In this document: piece after piece, positions 36,174 through 44,725 of the stretch
Layout: each line of letters opens with the position of its first letter
Numbering within the stretch: the stretch's first letter is position 1
NCBI GenBank assembly: GCA_964383585.1
Contig: CAYLHQ010000004.1
Span: 10,939-74,938 of the forward strand
Length of the DNA stretch: 64,000 nucleotides
Direction of reading: 5' to 3'
Source of the DNA: an uncultured Acidobacteriota bacterium
GTDB lineage: Bacteria; Acidobacteriota; Polarisedimenticolia; Polarisedimenticolales; DASRJG01
Notes under the pieces: model-generated
Databases searched by the model: none
Told to the model about the DNA's origin: nothing
The model's input: only the letters and a program-made list of their open reading frames with translations
Position numbers and translations under genes: made by a program

Positions 36174-37802
36174 CTAGTCCACCAAGTACCAGTAGCTTTG
36201 CGGCGCGCTCAAAGCGCCGGCGTCGACGTAGGAGGTCCCCGAAGCGCCGGCGTCGACGGACGAGTCGAAGTGCGCGGGGGTCGGGCCGAGCGCGCGCCGC
36301 ACGAGGAAGGGGGCGGCGCCGTTGTCGTTCCACGAGAGCTTCACGCCGCTGGTCGCCGCGTCTTTCTCGAGGCGCACCGTGATCCGGGTCGTCGTCACCG
36401 TGAGGGCGAGCCTTGGCCCCTCGCCGCTCTCCCTGCTCGACCACTTCGCGAGCTCCGGTTCGACTCCCTCGATCACGAGTGTCACGATTCCGTCGGCGTC
36501 CCCCTTGACCGTCGACGTCACGCCGTGCGACATCGACCCATCCGGCGTCCACTCGGGGATCGCGCCCAGGTTCCCGGGGTCGAGCGCAGGTGCGTTCGCC
36601 CAGGTGATCGTCTGCTCCCCCCACGAAGTCCCGGCGGACGAGCGCATCAACCCCGTCCCCTTCGTGATCGTGCGCAGGCTCAGCTTCGCGTGGCGGATCT
36701 TCGTGCGCTCGATCCCGGAGAGATCGAACTTCATGTAGGCGCGCGCGACGTTCGTCGGGCCCGAGGTGCGGAGGTAGGTGAGAGAGCCGGAGTTCGACGA
36801 TGGCGCTCCCGACTCGACCGACGCGTCGGCGATCGCGTCCACCGTGACCAGATCGGTCAGGGAGTCCTGCCCCCACCAGCCCCTCGCGGTCGGCTCGGTC
36901 TCGAAAAACCGGTGGAGGAGGTCCGCGACTTTCTGCTCCCCCGAAGGGCGCAGGTGGATCCCGTCGTTCTCGAGGTCGTCGTAAAGCCAAACGAGCCCGT
37001 CATCCCGGCCGAGTTCACCGTCGGTCCACAGATACGGCCCCCACAGAAGGACCGGCGCCTCGACCGGGCCGCGCGCAGCGACCGGGTTGAGTGAGGGGTC
37101 GCCCTCGATCTGGTCCTCCACGAGCCACTTCACCGCGAAGCCGGTTTCGTAGCAGAGCGGTTCTCCGTGGTCGGGGCGATCGCTCCATCCGCCGTAGGTG
37201 CGCGACGAGACGTAGGCGAGGGCGACGTTCGGATACTTGTCCTTGACGTTGCGGGCGATCGCGGCGAGGTCGTCTCGGAGGGCGAGGGCGTGTTCGGGGA
37301 AGAGAAGGGTCGTCTGCGAGCCCCCGCCATGCTTGAGCCAGACGACCTGGACCTGCTCGGGGGTGATCCCGCTCGCGCGAACCCGGGCCTCGAGCTGCTC
37401 CCAGACCGGATCGCCCGGATTCCTCCACTCGAGGCTGCTCGCGGCGCCGACCGCGCCGTTCACGAGGACGAGGCGGCCGTTGCGCCGCACGTCCCGGTCG
37501 GCGTCACGCTCGAAGACCTTGGTCTCCTGGACGGTGTTCGACATCCCGATCGAGATCCAGCCGACCAAACCGTCCGGCGAGGGGACGCCGAGCGCGTCGC
37601 GAGAGACGATCGTCGCAGCGGCGTCCATCGCGATCGCGAGGTGGTCGCCCGGAGGGACGTTCGTCCCGCCGGGGTAGAGACCTCCTTGCTGCGCTTTGTA
37701 GAGCCCGGTCCCCAACTCGTCGAGCGGCGTGAAGCCGGTCGACGGGCCCGCCCACGAATACATCGAAAACAGGGCAACCGCCCCGAGAGCCCCCCACCGC
37801 AT
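36174..37802 (-). CDS. secreted protein: esterase-like N-domain (GMSNT motif), DNRLRE/CBM96-like domain, FN3-like C-terminus
   Basis: Signal peptide MRWGALGAVALFSMYSWA. Also WISIGMSNT, ...ADASVESGAPSSNSG...RAYMKFDLSGI...SWGEQTITWANAP, and the end ...SYWYLVD. Confidence 0.7.
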   Translation of the reverse strand: MRWGALGAVALFSMYSWAGPSTGFTPLDELGTGLYKAQQGGLYPGGTNVPPGDHLAIAMDAAATIVSRDALGVPSPDGLVGWISIGMSNTVQETKVFERDADRDVRRNGRLVLVNGAVGAASSLEWRNPGDPVWEQLEARVRASGITPEQVQVVWLKHGGGSQTTLLFPEHALALRDDLAAIARNVKDKYPNVALAYVSSRTYGGWSDRPDHGEPLCYETGFAVKWLVEDQIEGDPSLNPVAARGPVEAPVLLWGPYLWTDGELGRDDGLVWLYDDLENDGIHLRPSGEQKVADLLHRFFETEPTARGWWGQDSLTDLVTVDAIADASVESGAPSSNSGSLTYLRTSGPTNVARAYMKFDLSGIERTKIRHAKLSLRTITKGTGLMRSSAGTSWGEQTITWANAPALDPGNLGAIPEWTPDGSMSHGVTSTVKGDADGIVTLVIEGVEPELAKWSSRESGEGPRLALTVTTTRITVRLEKDAATSGVKLSWNDNGAAPFLVRRALGPTPAHFDSSVDAGASGTSYVDAGALSAPQSYWYLVD

Positions 37803-37918
37803 ACGGACCGGGACATTACGAAGAGCGCGTCCGTTTTTCCAGAGGTTCCTTCGGGTATTTCCGCGAGACGAACCCGGAAAAGGGCGGTATCGCTTCCGCA
37901 CGATGCCGCAAAAGCAAG

Positions 37919-37967
37919 AAAGGGGACTGGCACCTTTTCCGTTTTGGAAAAGGTGCCAGTCCCCTTT
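37919..37967. repeat. REP hairpin doublet (22-bp stem, 5-nt loop)
   Basis: AAAGGGGACTGGCACCTTTTCC gtttt GGAAAAGGTGCCAGTCCCCTTT. The right arm abuts and overlaps the TAA stop of gene 37966-39579. Confidence 0.9.
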
Positions 37968-39579
37968 AATCGACCAGGTACCAGTAGCTTTGCGAATCGT
38001 CGAGCGCGCCCGCGTCGGAGAACTCCGTTCCCGGGACCGGTGTGCTCACGGCCTTCTCGAAGTCCGCGGGGGTCGGCCCGAGCGCGCGCCGCACGGCGAA
38101 GGGACGGAGCCCCGTGTCGTTCCAGCGGAGGACCACGCCCGCGCTCGCGAGGTCCTTCTCCAACCGCAGCGTGATCCGCGCGGTCGGAACGGTGAGTATC
38201 AGGCGCGGCGGCTCGCCGCTCTCCCGCGCCTGCCACCGCCGCACCGTCGCGTCGGCCCCCTCGACGACGAGCGTGACGACACCGTCGGCGTCTGCGCCCA
38301 CCGTCCCGGTCACGTCGTGCGCCATCGAGGAGTCGTGGCTCCATTTCGGAATCGCCCCGAGCGAGCCGGGATCGGGAGGAGGGGCGTTCGCCCAGGTGAT
38401 CGCCGCCTCGCTCCAACCCGTGTCGGCCGACGACCGCAAGAGTCCGAGCCCCTCGCTCAACGTCCGAAGCGAGAGCTTCGCGTGCACGACGTCCCGTCCG
38501 CCGACGTCGAACTTCAAGTACGCCCGCCCGACCGAGATCACTCCCACCGTACGCAGGAACGTGTTCCCCCCGTTGTTGAGGGAGGGGGACGCCGAGTCGA
38601 CCGACGCGTCGGCGATCGCGTCGATCGCGACGCGGTCGGTCCCGTCATCCGGCCCCCACCACGCCCGCGCGGTTTCCTCGACTTCGAAGAAACGAAGGAG
38701 GAGATCGCCGACCTTCCGCTCCCCCGACGGGGACGGATGGATCGCGTCGGCCTCGAGGTCCTCGCGCAACCACGCGAGCCCGTCCGCGCGCGGCACCTCC
38801 CCGTCCGCCCAGAGGTACGGCCCCCAGAGGAGGAGCGGCGCCTCGACCGGTCCGCGGACGGGATCGAACTCGAGGCCCGGATCCCCGGCGATCTGGTCCT
38901 CGATCAGCCACTTCACCGAGAATCCCGTCTCGTACGAGAGCGGCTCCCCGCGATCGGGCCGGTCGCTCCAGCCGCCGTAGATGCGGGACGACAGGTAGCA
39001 GAGCCTCGCGTTCGGGAAACGGTCGCGCAGGTTCCGCACGATGAGGCGGAGGTCGTTCTCGAGATCGAGGGCATGGGCCGGGAAGGCGGTCGTGGCCGGC
39101 GCACCCTGCGCCGTCTTGAGCCACACGACTTGCACCTGAGCCGCCGCGAGTCCCGCCGCCTCGAGCCGTTCCTCGAGCATCGTCCAGACCGGATGCGCGA
39201 TGTCGCGCCACTCCTGGCTGCTCATCCCCCCCGCCGCTCCGTTCACGAGGACGACCCGCGCATTGCGGCGCGGATCGGCGTCGGAATCGCGTTCGAAGAC
39301 CTTGAACTCCTGGGTCGTGTTCGACATCCCGATCGAGACCCACCCGATGAGCCCGTCGGAGGAGGGGTTCCCCGCCGCGTCGCGCGGTACGACCTCGTGC
39401 GCCTCGGCGAAAGCCGCGTCGAAGTGGCCCGGAGGAGGGACGTTCGCGCCGCCGGGATAGAGCCCGCCCTGGACCCCGAGGTACGTTCCCGGCCCCAGTT
39501 CGTTCAACGGCGTCAGCCCCGCCGCCGCGCCGGCCGGCGAAACGAGACACGCGAGGGAGAGGATCGCCGCGATCCGCAT
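37966..39579 (-). CDS. tandem paralog of 36174-37802 (esterase-like + DNRLRE-like + FN3-like)
   Basis: Collinear with its neighbour along the full length (WVSIGMSNT, RAYLKFDVGG, GWSEAAITWANAP, ...SYWYLVD). Signal peptide MRIAAILSLACLVSPAGA. Confidence 0.7.
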   Translation of the reverse strand: MRIAAILSLACLVSPAGAAAGLTPLNELGPGTYLGVQGGLYPGGANVPPPGHFDAAFAEAHEVVPRDAAGNPSSDGLIGWVSIGMSNTTQEFKVFERDSDADPRRNARVVLVNGAAGGMSSQEWRDIAHPVWTMLEERLEAAGLAAAQVQVVWLKTAQGAPATTAFPAHALDLENDLRLIVRNLRDRFPNARLCYLSSRIYGGWSDRPDRGEPLSYETGFSVKWLIEDQIAGDPGLEFDPVRGPVEAPLLLWGPYLWADGEVPRADGLAWLREDLEADAIHPSPSGERKVGDLLLRFFEVEETARAWWGPDDGTDRVAIDAIADASVDSASPSLNNGGNTFLRTVGVISVGRAYLKFDVGGRDVVHAKLSLRTLSEGLGLLRSSADTGWSEAAITWANAPPPDPGSLGAIPKWSHDSSMAHDVTGTVGADADGVVTLVVEGADATVRRWQARESGEPPRLILTVPTARITLRLEKDLASAGVVLRWNDTGLRPFAVRRALGPTPADFEKAVSTPVPGTEFSDAGALDDSQSYWYLVD

Positions 39580-39619
39580 GCCGCCCCAGACTGTACGGCG
39601 CGACCCGGGGTTTAGCGAG

Positions 39620-39642
39620 AAAAGGGGACTGGCACCTTTTCC
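39620..39642. repeat. single REP arm
   Basis: AAAAGGGGACTGGCACCTTTTCC, 4 nt from the stop codon of the DDE integrase gene. Confidence 0.85.
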
Positions 39643-39646
39643 GACC

Positions 39647-40927
39647 TCACGCCGCCCGCTCGAGCGCGACGACCGGCAGGTGGCGCCGGCCGTCCAAGAA
39701 CCTCACCCGCACGTCGGGGACGGCCCCCGGGGAACCGGCGCCTCGCAACGCCGTGGGCGGGCCTCCCGAGTACGCCTCGTCCGGCGTCGCCCCCGCAAGC
39801 CTCTCGTGCGGTCGCAGCCCGTTGTACCAGCACCGGAAGAGCGAAAGCTCCTCCCGAAGGGCGGCCGCCGAGTAGGCGACGACGACCCGCCGCGTGCACT
39901 CGCGCTTCATCGTCTGGATCAGCCGCTCGATCACCGCGATGCTCCCGAACTGACCGATCGCCCCGAACCACTGCCGCATCCCGAGGCGTGCGCACCACGT
40001 GCGGAACCTCCGCTCGCGAAACTGCCAACCGTGATCCGTGACGAGAACCCGCGGCCGGCTGCCCGACTCGCGCACGACGCAGCCGAGAAACCTCCGCACC
40101 GCCCGCGCGGACGGCTGCCCCCTGAAGACCTCGAACCCGAGGAGGCGTCGCGAAAAGTGGTCGGCGACGACCGCGACCCACCAGCAGTAGGGCCAGCGCT
40201 GCGGGAACGAGAAAGGAAACCACGAAACCCACAAGCCCAGGGAGGTCGGGACGATCGTGAGGTCGCAATGCCAGACATGATTCGGATAGCGCCCGACGAT
40301 CCGCCGTCCCGGCGTGCGCTCGGCGACGGGGTCCCTCCCGGCGCCCGGGTTTCCCTTCTCGCGGAGCATCCGCCGGACCGTGGTCGCCCCGAGATGCAGC
40401 CCTTCGCGGCACAGCACCTGCGCGATCTTCTTGTAGCCGAGACTCGGGCACAGGAGCTTCAATCGCCGTACGATGTACGAGACGAACTCGGGGAACTTGT
40501 TCACGGGAGTGGGGAGTTGAACGACCGCCGTGGGACCTTCGTCTCTCAGCCGCCGCATCCAGGCAGACACGGTGGCGGGGGAGACCAGAAGCCGGTTCGC
40601 GGCCTGCGTGAGGGACCATCCGCGGCAGGCGCGCAGCTCGAGGATGGCGAGCCGTTCGGTCGGTGCGTAGTGCGGCCGCTCCGGCGCGGGGATTCGGGCC
40701 ATGCGGGCGTCCTTGATGCGGATTTCCTCCTGGAGCAACGCCACCTCCTGGCGCAGCCGATCGACCTCGGTCTTCAGACGGACCCGGGCACTGCGATGAT
40801 TCGCCGCCCAGCCGCGGCTCGTGACGAGCGCGGTGTGGGCGAGCGCGCAGACGTGGATGACGGCGGAGCGGACCCGCTTCGGCCACCCCTTGGGAAGCAC
40901 GGCGCCGAAGTTCGGTTGATGGGTCAT
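39647..40927 (-). CDS. DDE-type integrase/transposase (rve core; IS481/IS3-superfamily-like) with N-terminal HTH
   Basis: HTH in RGWSLTQAANRLLVSPATVSAWMRRL. DDE triad: HVWHCDLT, LVTDHGWQF, and E 36 residues later in AVIERLIQTMKRE. RBS GGGAGGA before ATG 40927. Terminal inverted repeats were not identified. Confidence 0.85.
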   Translation of the reverse strand: MTHQPNFGAVLPKGWPKRVRSAVIHVCALAHTALVTSRGWAANHRSARVRLKTEVDRLRQEVALLQEEIRIKDARMARIPAPERPHYAPTERLAILELRACRGWSLTQAANRLLVSPATVSAWMRRLRDEGPTAVVQLPTPVNKFPEFVSYIVRRLKLLCPSLGYKKIAQVLCREGLHLGATTVRRMLREKGNPGAGRDPVAERTPGRRIVGRYPNHVWHCDLTIVPTSLGLWVSWFPFSFPQRWPYCWWVAVVADHFSRRLLGFEVFRGQPSARAVRRFLGCVVRESGSRPRVLVTDHGWQFRERRFRTWCARLGMRQWFGAIGQFGSIAVIERLIQTMKRECTRRVVVAYSAAALREELSLFRCWYNGLRPHERLAGATPDEAYSGGPPTALRGAGSPGAVPDVRVRFLDGRRHLPVVALERAA

Positions 40928-41151
40928 GGATCCTCCCGAAACGGTCGTGAAACGAACCGAGAACATGCGTCGATAACCCTTTACGTGGCAACATCTTCGC
41001 CGCAATTCGGCACCGTTCAGAATCGCTGGCACCGCCTCCGTGGGCCGGCGTTTTCGCGTGGGCTTCGATCGTTGACGCTTTCCCGGGCCCGGTGGTACAT
41101 TTCCGCGGCTGTTCGGGCCGATTCCTCAGGGAAGAGGCCACGTGCGGATGT

Positions 41152-41226
41152 TCCTGAGTAGCTCAGTGGTAGAGCAGGCGGCTGTTAACCGCCGGGTCGG
41201 GGGTTCAAATCCCTCCTCAGGAGCCA
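41152..41226 (+). tRNA. tRNA-Asn (anticodon GTT), CCA encoded
   Basis: Acceptor TCCTGAG/CTCAGGA, D-stem GCTC/GAGC, anticodon stem GGCGG/CCGCC with loop CTGTTAA, T-arm GGGGG-TTCAAAT-CCCTC, discriminator G plus CCA. Confidence 0.95.
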
Positions 41227-41406
41227 GCCCGTACTCACTTCGAAATCAGGGCTCTCTGGTGAACAGGCGTGCGCGGGAAGGCGCGAGGTGTCGCCGAAAT
41301 CGCCAATTGTGAACGGCGTTCAGATTCTCGTGATTCGAACCGGGTGGCGTCGGCAACGCGTTCGGGTGGACAACGGCTCTTTCGCGCTTCCACTCAGTTC
41401 AGAGAG

Positions 41407-41449
41407 CCGCGCAACCCACCGGGGTTCTAGAAAATCCGGCTTCGCACCC
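41407..41449. repeat. left copy of an imperfect direct repeat of about 42 bp flanking the hicAB cassette
   Basis: CCGCGCAACCCACCGGGGTTCTAGAAAATCCGGCTTCGCACCC versus 42109-42151. About 33 of 42 aligned positions are identical by eye. Confidence 0.5.
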
Positions 41450-41455
41450 CCGCGC

Positions 41456-41484
41456 TTGCGTGTGTACACATATACGTGTACATT
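41456..41484 (+). promoter_or_regulatory. candidate hicAB promoter/operator
   Basis: TTGCGT (41456-41461), a 17-nt spacer, then TACATT (41479-41484). GTGTACAC palindrome at 41462-41469 and GTGTACA repeated at 41476-41482. The GTG at 41491 would be almost leaderless. Confidence 0.4.
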
Positions 41485-41490
41485 GGCCGC

Positions 41491-41673
41491 GTGAAGCGCA
41501 AGGAGCTGGAGCGACGGCTGCGCGAATTGGGTTGGACGCTGCAGCGCCATGGAGGCAAGCACGACGTCTGGGTCAGCATCGACGGTTCGTTCACGGAGTA
41601 CGTGCCGAGGCATCCCGATGTCAACGAGAAGCTGGCACGGGCGATTCTGAGACGGGCCGAGGAGAGGCGATGA
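41491..41673 (+). CDS. hicA: HicA-family mRNA interferase toxin
   Basis: VKRKELERRLRELGWTLQRHGGKHDVW...HPDVNEKLARAILRRA. The alternative GTG at 41476 is the track start. The stop overlaps the hicB ATG (ATGA). Confidence 0.8.
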   Translation: MKRKELERRLRELGWTLQRHGGKHDVWVSIDGSFTEYVPRHPDVNEKLARAILRRAEERR

Positions 41674-42083
41674 GATTTTCAGGGAGAATCAAGAAGGACG
41701 GGAAATTCTGGCTCGTGGAGATTCCGGCGTTCGATGCGGTGACGCAGGGGCGCACCAAGCGTGAAGCGTTCGAGATGGCTGAGGATCTGATCGAGACGAT
41801 GGCAGGTGTCAGGGGATTCCGAGCCACAGTCTATCCCACGGGCGGGGAGACCTTTGAGATCGGAGCGAATCGCGTCGGTGTGCTCCTCGCGCTCCTGTTG
41901 CGCCGACAGCGAGAGCGTCAAGGCTTGACGTTGGCGGAGGTCGCAGAACGACTGGGGCAACGTTCCAGGAACGCCTACGCACGGTATGAACAAGGACGGG
42001 CGATGCCGACCGTCGAGAAACTGGAGCAACTCCTCAAGGCGATCGCACCCGACCAGACGATCGTGTGGCACGTCGCGGCCTGA
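41670..42083 (+). CDS. hicB: HicB-family antitoxin with C-terminal XRE-type HTH
   Basis: The N-terminal HicB fold (GKFWLVEIPAFDAVTQGRTKREAFEMAEDLI) and C-terminal HTH (QGLTLAEVAERLGQRSRNAYARYEQG). Confidence 0.8.
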   Translation: MRFSGRIKKDGKFWLVEIPAFDAVTQGRTKREAFEMAEDLIETMAGVRGFRATVYPTGGETFEIGANRVGVLLALLLRRQRERQGLTLAEVAERLGQRSRNAYARYEQGRAMPTVEKLEQLLKAIAPDQTIVWHVAA

Positions 42084-42108
42084 GCGGAACTTGGACGAAA
42101 CCTGCTCC

Positions 42109-42151
42109 TCCGCAATCCCCACCGGGGCCCCAGAAAACCCGGCTGCGACCC
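42109..42151. repeat. right copy of the direct repeat flanking hicAB
   Basis: TCCGCAATCCCCACCGGGGCCCCAGAAAACCCGGCTGCGACCC, 25 nt after the hicB stop. Confidence 0.5.
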
Positions 42152-42257
42152 GTGAAAGGTCGCATAAACCCCTATCCGGCCTGGTCTTGCGGAGTCGGAC
42201 CGACCGCTCAGTTTCGCTAGCACCCAGTGCGGCGGGCTACTTCCACACCCCGCCGGA

Positions 42258-43957
42258 GTGGTGCTCACCTTCGAGGCTCTCGGCCGCGCCGTCGAGGAGG
42301 CCGCGCTCGGCTTCGAGGCGATCGGCGTCCGGCCGGGGGACCGCGTCGGCATCCTCTCCTACAACCGCCCGGAGTGGGCCGTCCTCGACCTCGCGATCAT
42401 GTCCTTGGGCGCGATCTCGGTGCCGATCCACCACGTCATGTCGCGGACCCAGGTCGCCTACGTCCTCCGCGACGCCGAGGTGACGACGCTCGTGGTCGAA
42501 AACCCGGAACAGATGGCGAAGGTCGGGGCCGCGCGCGGGGCTTCGCTCCGGCGAATCGTCGCGCTCGACCCGCTCGACTCCTCGGCAGTCCCGGCGGTTG
42601 CGTTCGACGAGCTGTGCGCGCGGGGCCGTGCGCGGCGCGAGGAGGACGCCGGGGCCTTCGCCCGATTCCTCGAGGCGCTCGACCCCGCCGCCCCGTGCAG
42701 CGTCGTCTACACGTCGGGCGCGATCGCCGACCCGAAGGGGGTGGTGCTCTGCCATCGCGGCTTCCTCACGGTCGTCCTTTCGAGCGAGAGCGTCTTGAAC
42801 CTCCGCACGGACGACGTCTTCCTGTCGCATCTCCCGTTGAGCCACCTGTACGAGCGGGTCGCGGGGCACTGGTGCCCGCTCTACCGGGGGTGCACGATCG
42901 CGTACGCCCGCGACGTCCGGGCGGTGGTCGAGGATCTCGCGAGGGTGAGGCCGACCGTCATGGTCAGCGTGCCTCTCGTCTACGAGAAGATGCGAGAACG
43001 TGTCGAGGGGGCCGCATCGAAGGCCGGACGGCGGTCGGAGCGGATCTTCCACCGGGCGATCGCCGCGGGGCGGGCGTACCGTCAGGCGCGCGCGGCAGGG
43101 CGGGCCGGCCTCGTGCTCGCGGCCGCGAACGCAGTGGCCGAACTTCTCGTCTTCCGGCGCGTGCGGGAGCGCCTCGGAGGACGCTTCCGCTTCCCGATCT
43201 CGGGGGGAGCGCCGCTGTCCGTCGACACGCTCGCCTTCTTCGAGGCGATGGGGTTCCCGATCGTCGAGGGGTACGGCATGACCGAGACCCACCTGATCGT
43301 CACCCTGACGCCCCCCGGAAGCACGCGCCACGGTTCGTGCGGCCGGCCGATCCCGGGCGTCACGGTACGGATCGCGGCGGACGGCGAGGTCCTGGTGCGG
43401 GGGGACACCTTGATGCTCGGCTACCTCGGCAACGAGGAGGCGACCCGCGAGACGATCGAAGCGGACGGATGGCTCCACACGGGCGACATCGGCCGCCTCG
43501 ACGCGGACGGGTTCCTCCACGTCACCGATCGCAAGAAGAACATCATCGTGAACCAGGGGGGGAAGAACATCGCCCCCGCCCCGATCGAGAACGCCCTCCG
43601 GGCGAGCCGGTACATCGCCGACGTCTGCGTCGTCGGAGACCGGCGCACCTACCTCGTGCGCTCGTCGTCCCCGAGTTCGAGATGCTCGAGACCTGGGCGC
43701 TCGCGCGGGGTCTCGACCCCTCCGACCGCGACGCGCTCGCCGCCCACCCGGACCTGAGCGCCCTCCTCATGGAGGAGATCCGGGCCCGGCAGGAGGACGT
43801 CCCCCCTCACGAGCGGGTGCGGAAGTGCCACGTGCTCACGGAGCCGTTCTCGATCGAGCGCGGGGAACTCACGGCGACGCTCAAGGTGCGCCGCAAGGCG
43901 GTCGAGGAGAACCGCCGCGAGGCGATCGAGCGGCTCTACTCGGCCGACCCGCGCTAG
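42258..43957 (+). pseudogene. long-chain acyl-CoA synthetase (AMP-binding family), frameshifted
   Basis: Frame 0 (42258-...) carries GDRVGILSYNRPEW, GYGMTE, WLHTGDIG and NIAPAPIENAL up to ...VVGDRRTYLV. The C-terminus (ALVVPEFEMLETWA...RRKAVEENRREAIERLY) continues in another frame from about 43658. A likely N-terminal extension ...AAGYFHTPPEW lies in a third frame up to about 42261. Confidence 0.7.
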
Positions 43958-43959
43958 GA

Positions 43960-44003
43960 TCCTCTCGACGCCCGCGCGCCGCGCGCGGGCCCCGTCGAGA
44001 GGA
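43960..44003 (+). terminator. GC-rich interrupted hairpin after the acyl-CoA ligase stop; its 3' arm overlaps the SD of the next gene
   Basis: Outer arms TCCTCTCGACG/CGTCGAGAGGA and inner arms CCCGCGCG/CGCGCGGG. There is no T-run. GAGGAG of the 3' arm lies 5 nt before ATG 44009. Confidence 0.35.
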
Positions 44004-44008
44004 GGGCC

Positions 44009-44623
44009 ATGAGCTCGGAGCCTCGCGTCCTGCGCGTCCTGCGGAACAAGTTCTTCGCGGGACTGATGATCCTGATCCCGATCGTGATCACCACGAAGGT
44101 CCTGTGGTGGCTCTTCGCCTACGTCGACCAGCACGCCCGCCCGCTCCTCCAGACCCTCCTCGGCCGGGACGTCCCGGGCGCGGGGTTCGCGATCACGGTC
44201 GCGATCGTCCTCTTCACCGGGATCCTCTTCTCCGTGAGGCCGCTCAGCCGGCTGCTCGAGGTGCTCGTCGACGTCCTCGAGAGCGTTCCGGTCTTCGGGC
44301 CGGTGTACGGGACGATCCGCAAGGTGCTCTCGGGATTCGGGAGCCCGGAGGCGCGGCAGGCGTTCCAGCGATTCGTGCTCGTCCGCCGCGGGGAAACGCT
44401 GAGGCCCGGCTTCCTGACCGGATCGCTCGTTCTCGCGCGTAAGGACGGGACGACGGAGATCTTCCACTCCGTCTACGTCCCGACGAACCACCTCTACCTC
44501 GGGGACGTCGAGATGCTCCCTGCGGTCGACGTCATCCCGACCGACGTTTCGGTCGAGGACGGGATCGGCCTCGTCCTTTCGGCCGGTGCGTCGATTCCGG
44601 TGGAGGTGCGGGAGCCTGCCTGA
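44009..44623 (+). CDS. DUF502-family membrane protein
   Basis: LRNKFFAGLMILIPIVITTKVLWWLF, two TM helices, then ...SVPVFGPVYGTIRKV...VYVPTNHLYLGD. Confidence 0.8.
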   Translation: MSSEPRVLRVLRNKFFAGLMILIPIVITTKVLWWLFAYVDQHARPLLQTLLGRDVPGAGFAITVAIVLFTGILFSVRPLSRLLEVLVDVLESVPVFGPVYGTIRKVLSGFGSPEARQAFQRFVLVRRGETLRPGFLTGSLVLARKDGTTEIFHSVYVPTNHLYLGDVEMLPAVDVIPTDVSVEDGIGLVLSAGASIPVEVREPA

Positions 44624-44626
44624 GAG

Positions 44627-44683
44627 CCGGTGCCCGGGACCGCTGGCGCGGCTGCGTGAAAGTGGGTAGACCGGTGCCCGGGA
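44627..44683. repeat. two perfect 13-bp direct repeats CCGGTGCCCGGGA spaced 44 bp
   Basis: Copies at 44627-44639 and 44671-44683, upstream of the 44726 operon. Confidence 0.35.
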
Positions 44684-44725
44684 GCGTCCAGAAGGTTCCC
44701 GTCCCGATGGGAGGGGAGGTGAGCG

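Noticed and set aside
39643-41151. Attempt to define a complete IS element (terminal inverted repeats, target duplication) around the DDE integrase
   Set aside because: I found no convincing inverted repeats or direct repeats at plausible ends by eye. Only the CDS is reported, and the element boundaries are left open.
41330-41360. TTCGAACC string resembling a tRNA T-loop downstream of tRNA-Asn
   Set aside because: The flanking bases do not form a T-stem, and no acceptor, D or anticodon arms can be drawn. It is not a second tRNA or a tmRNA.
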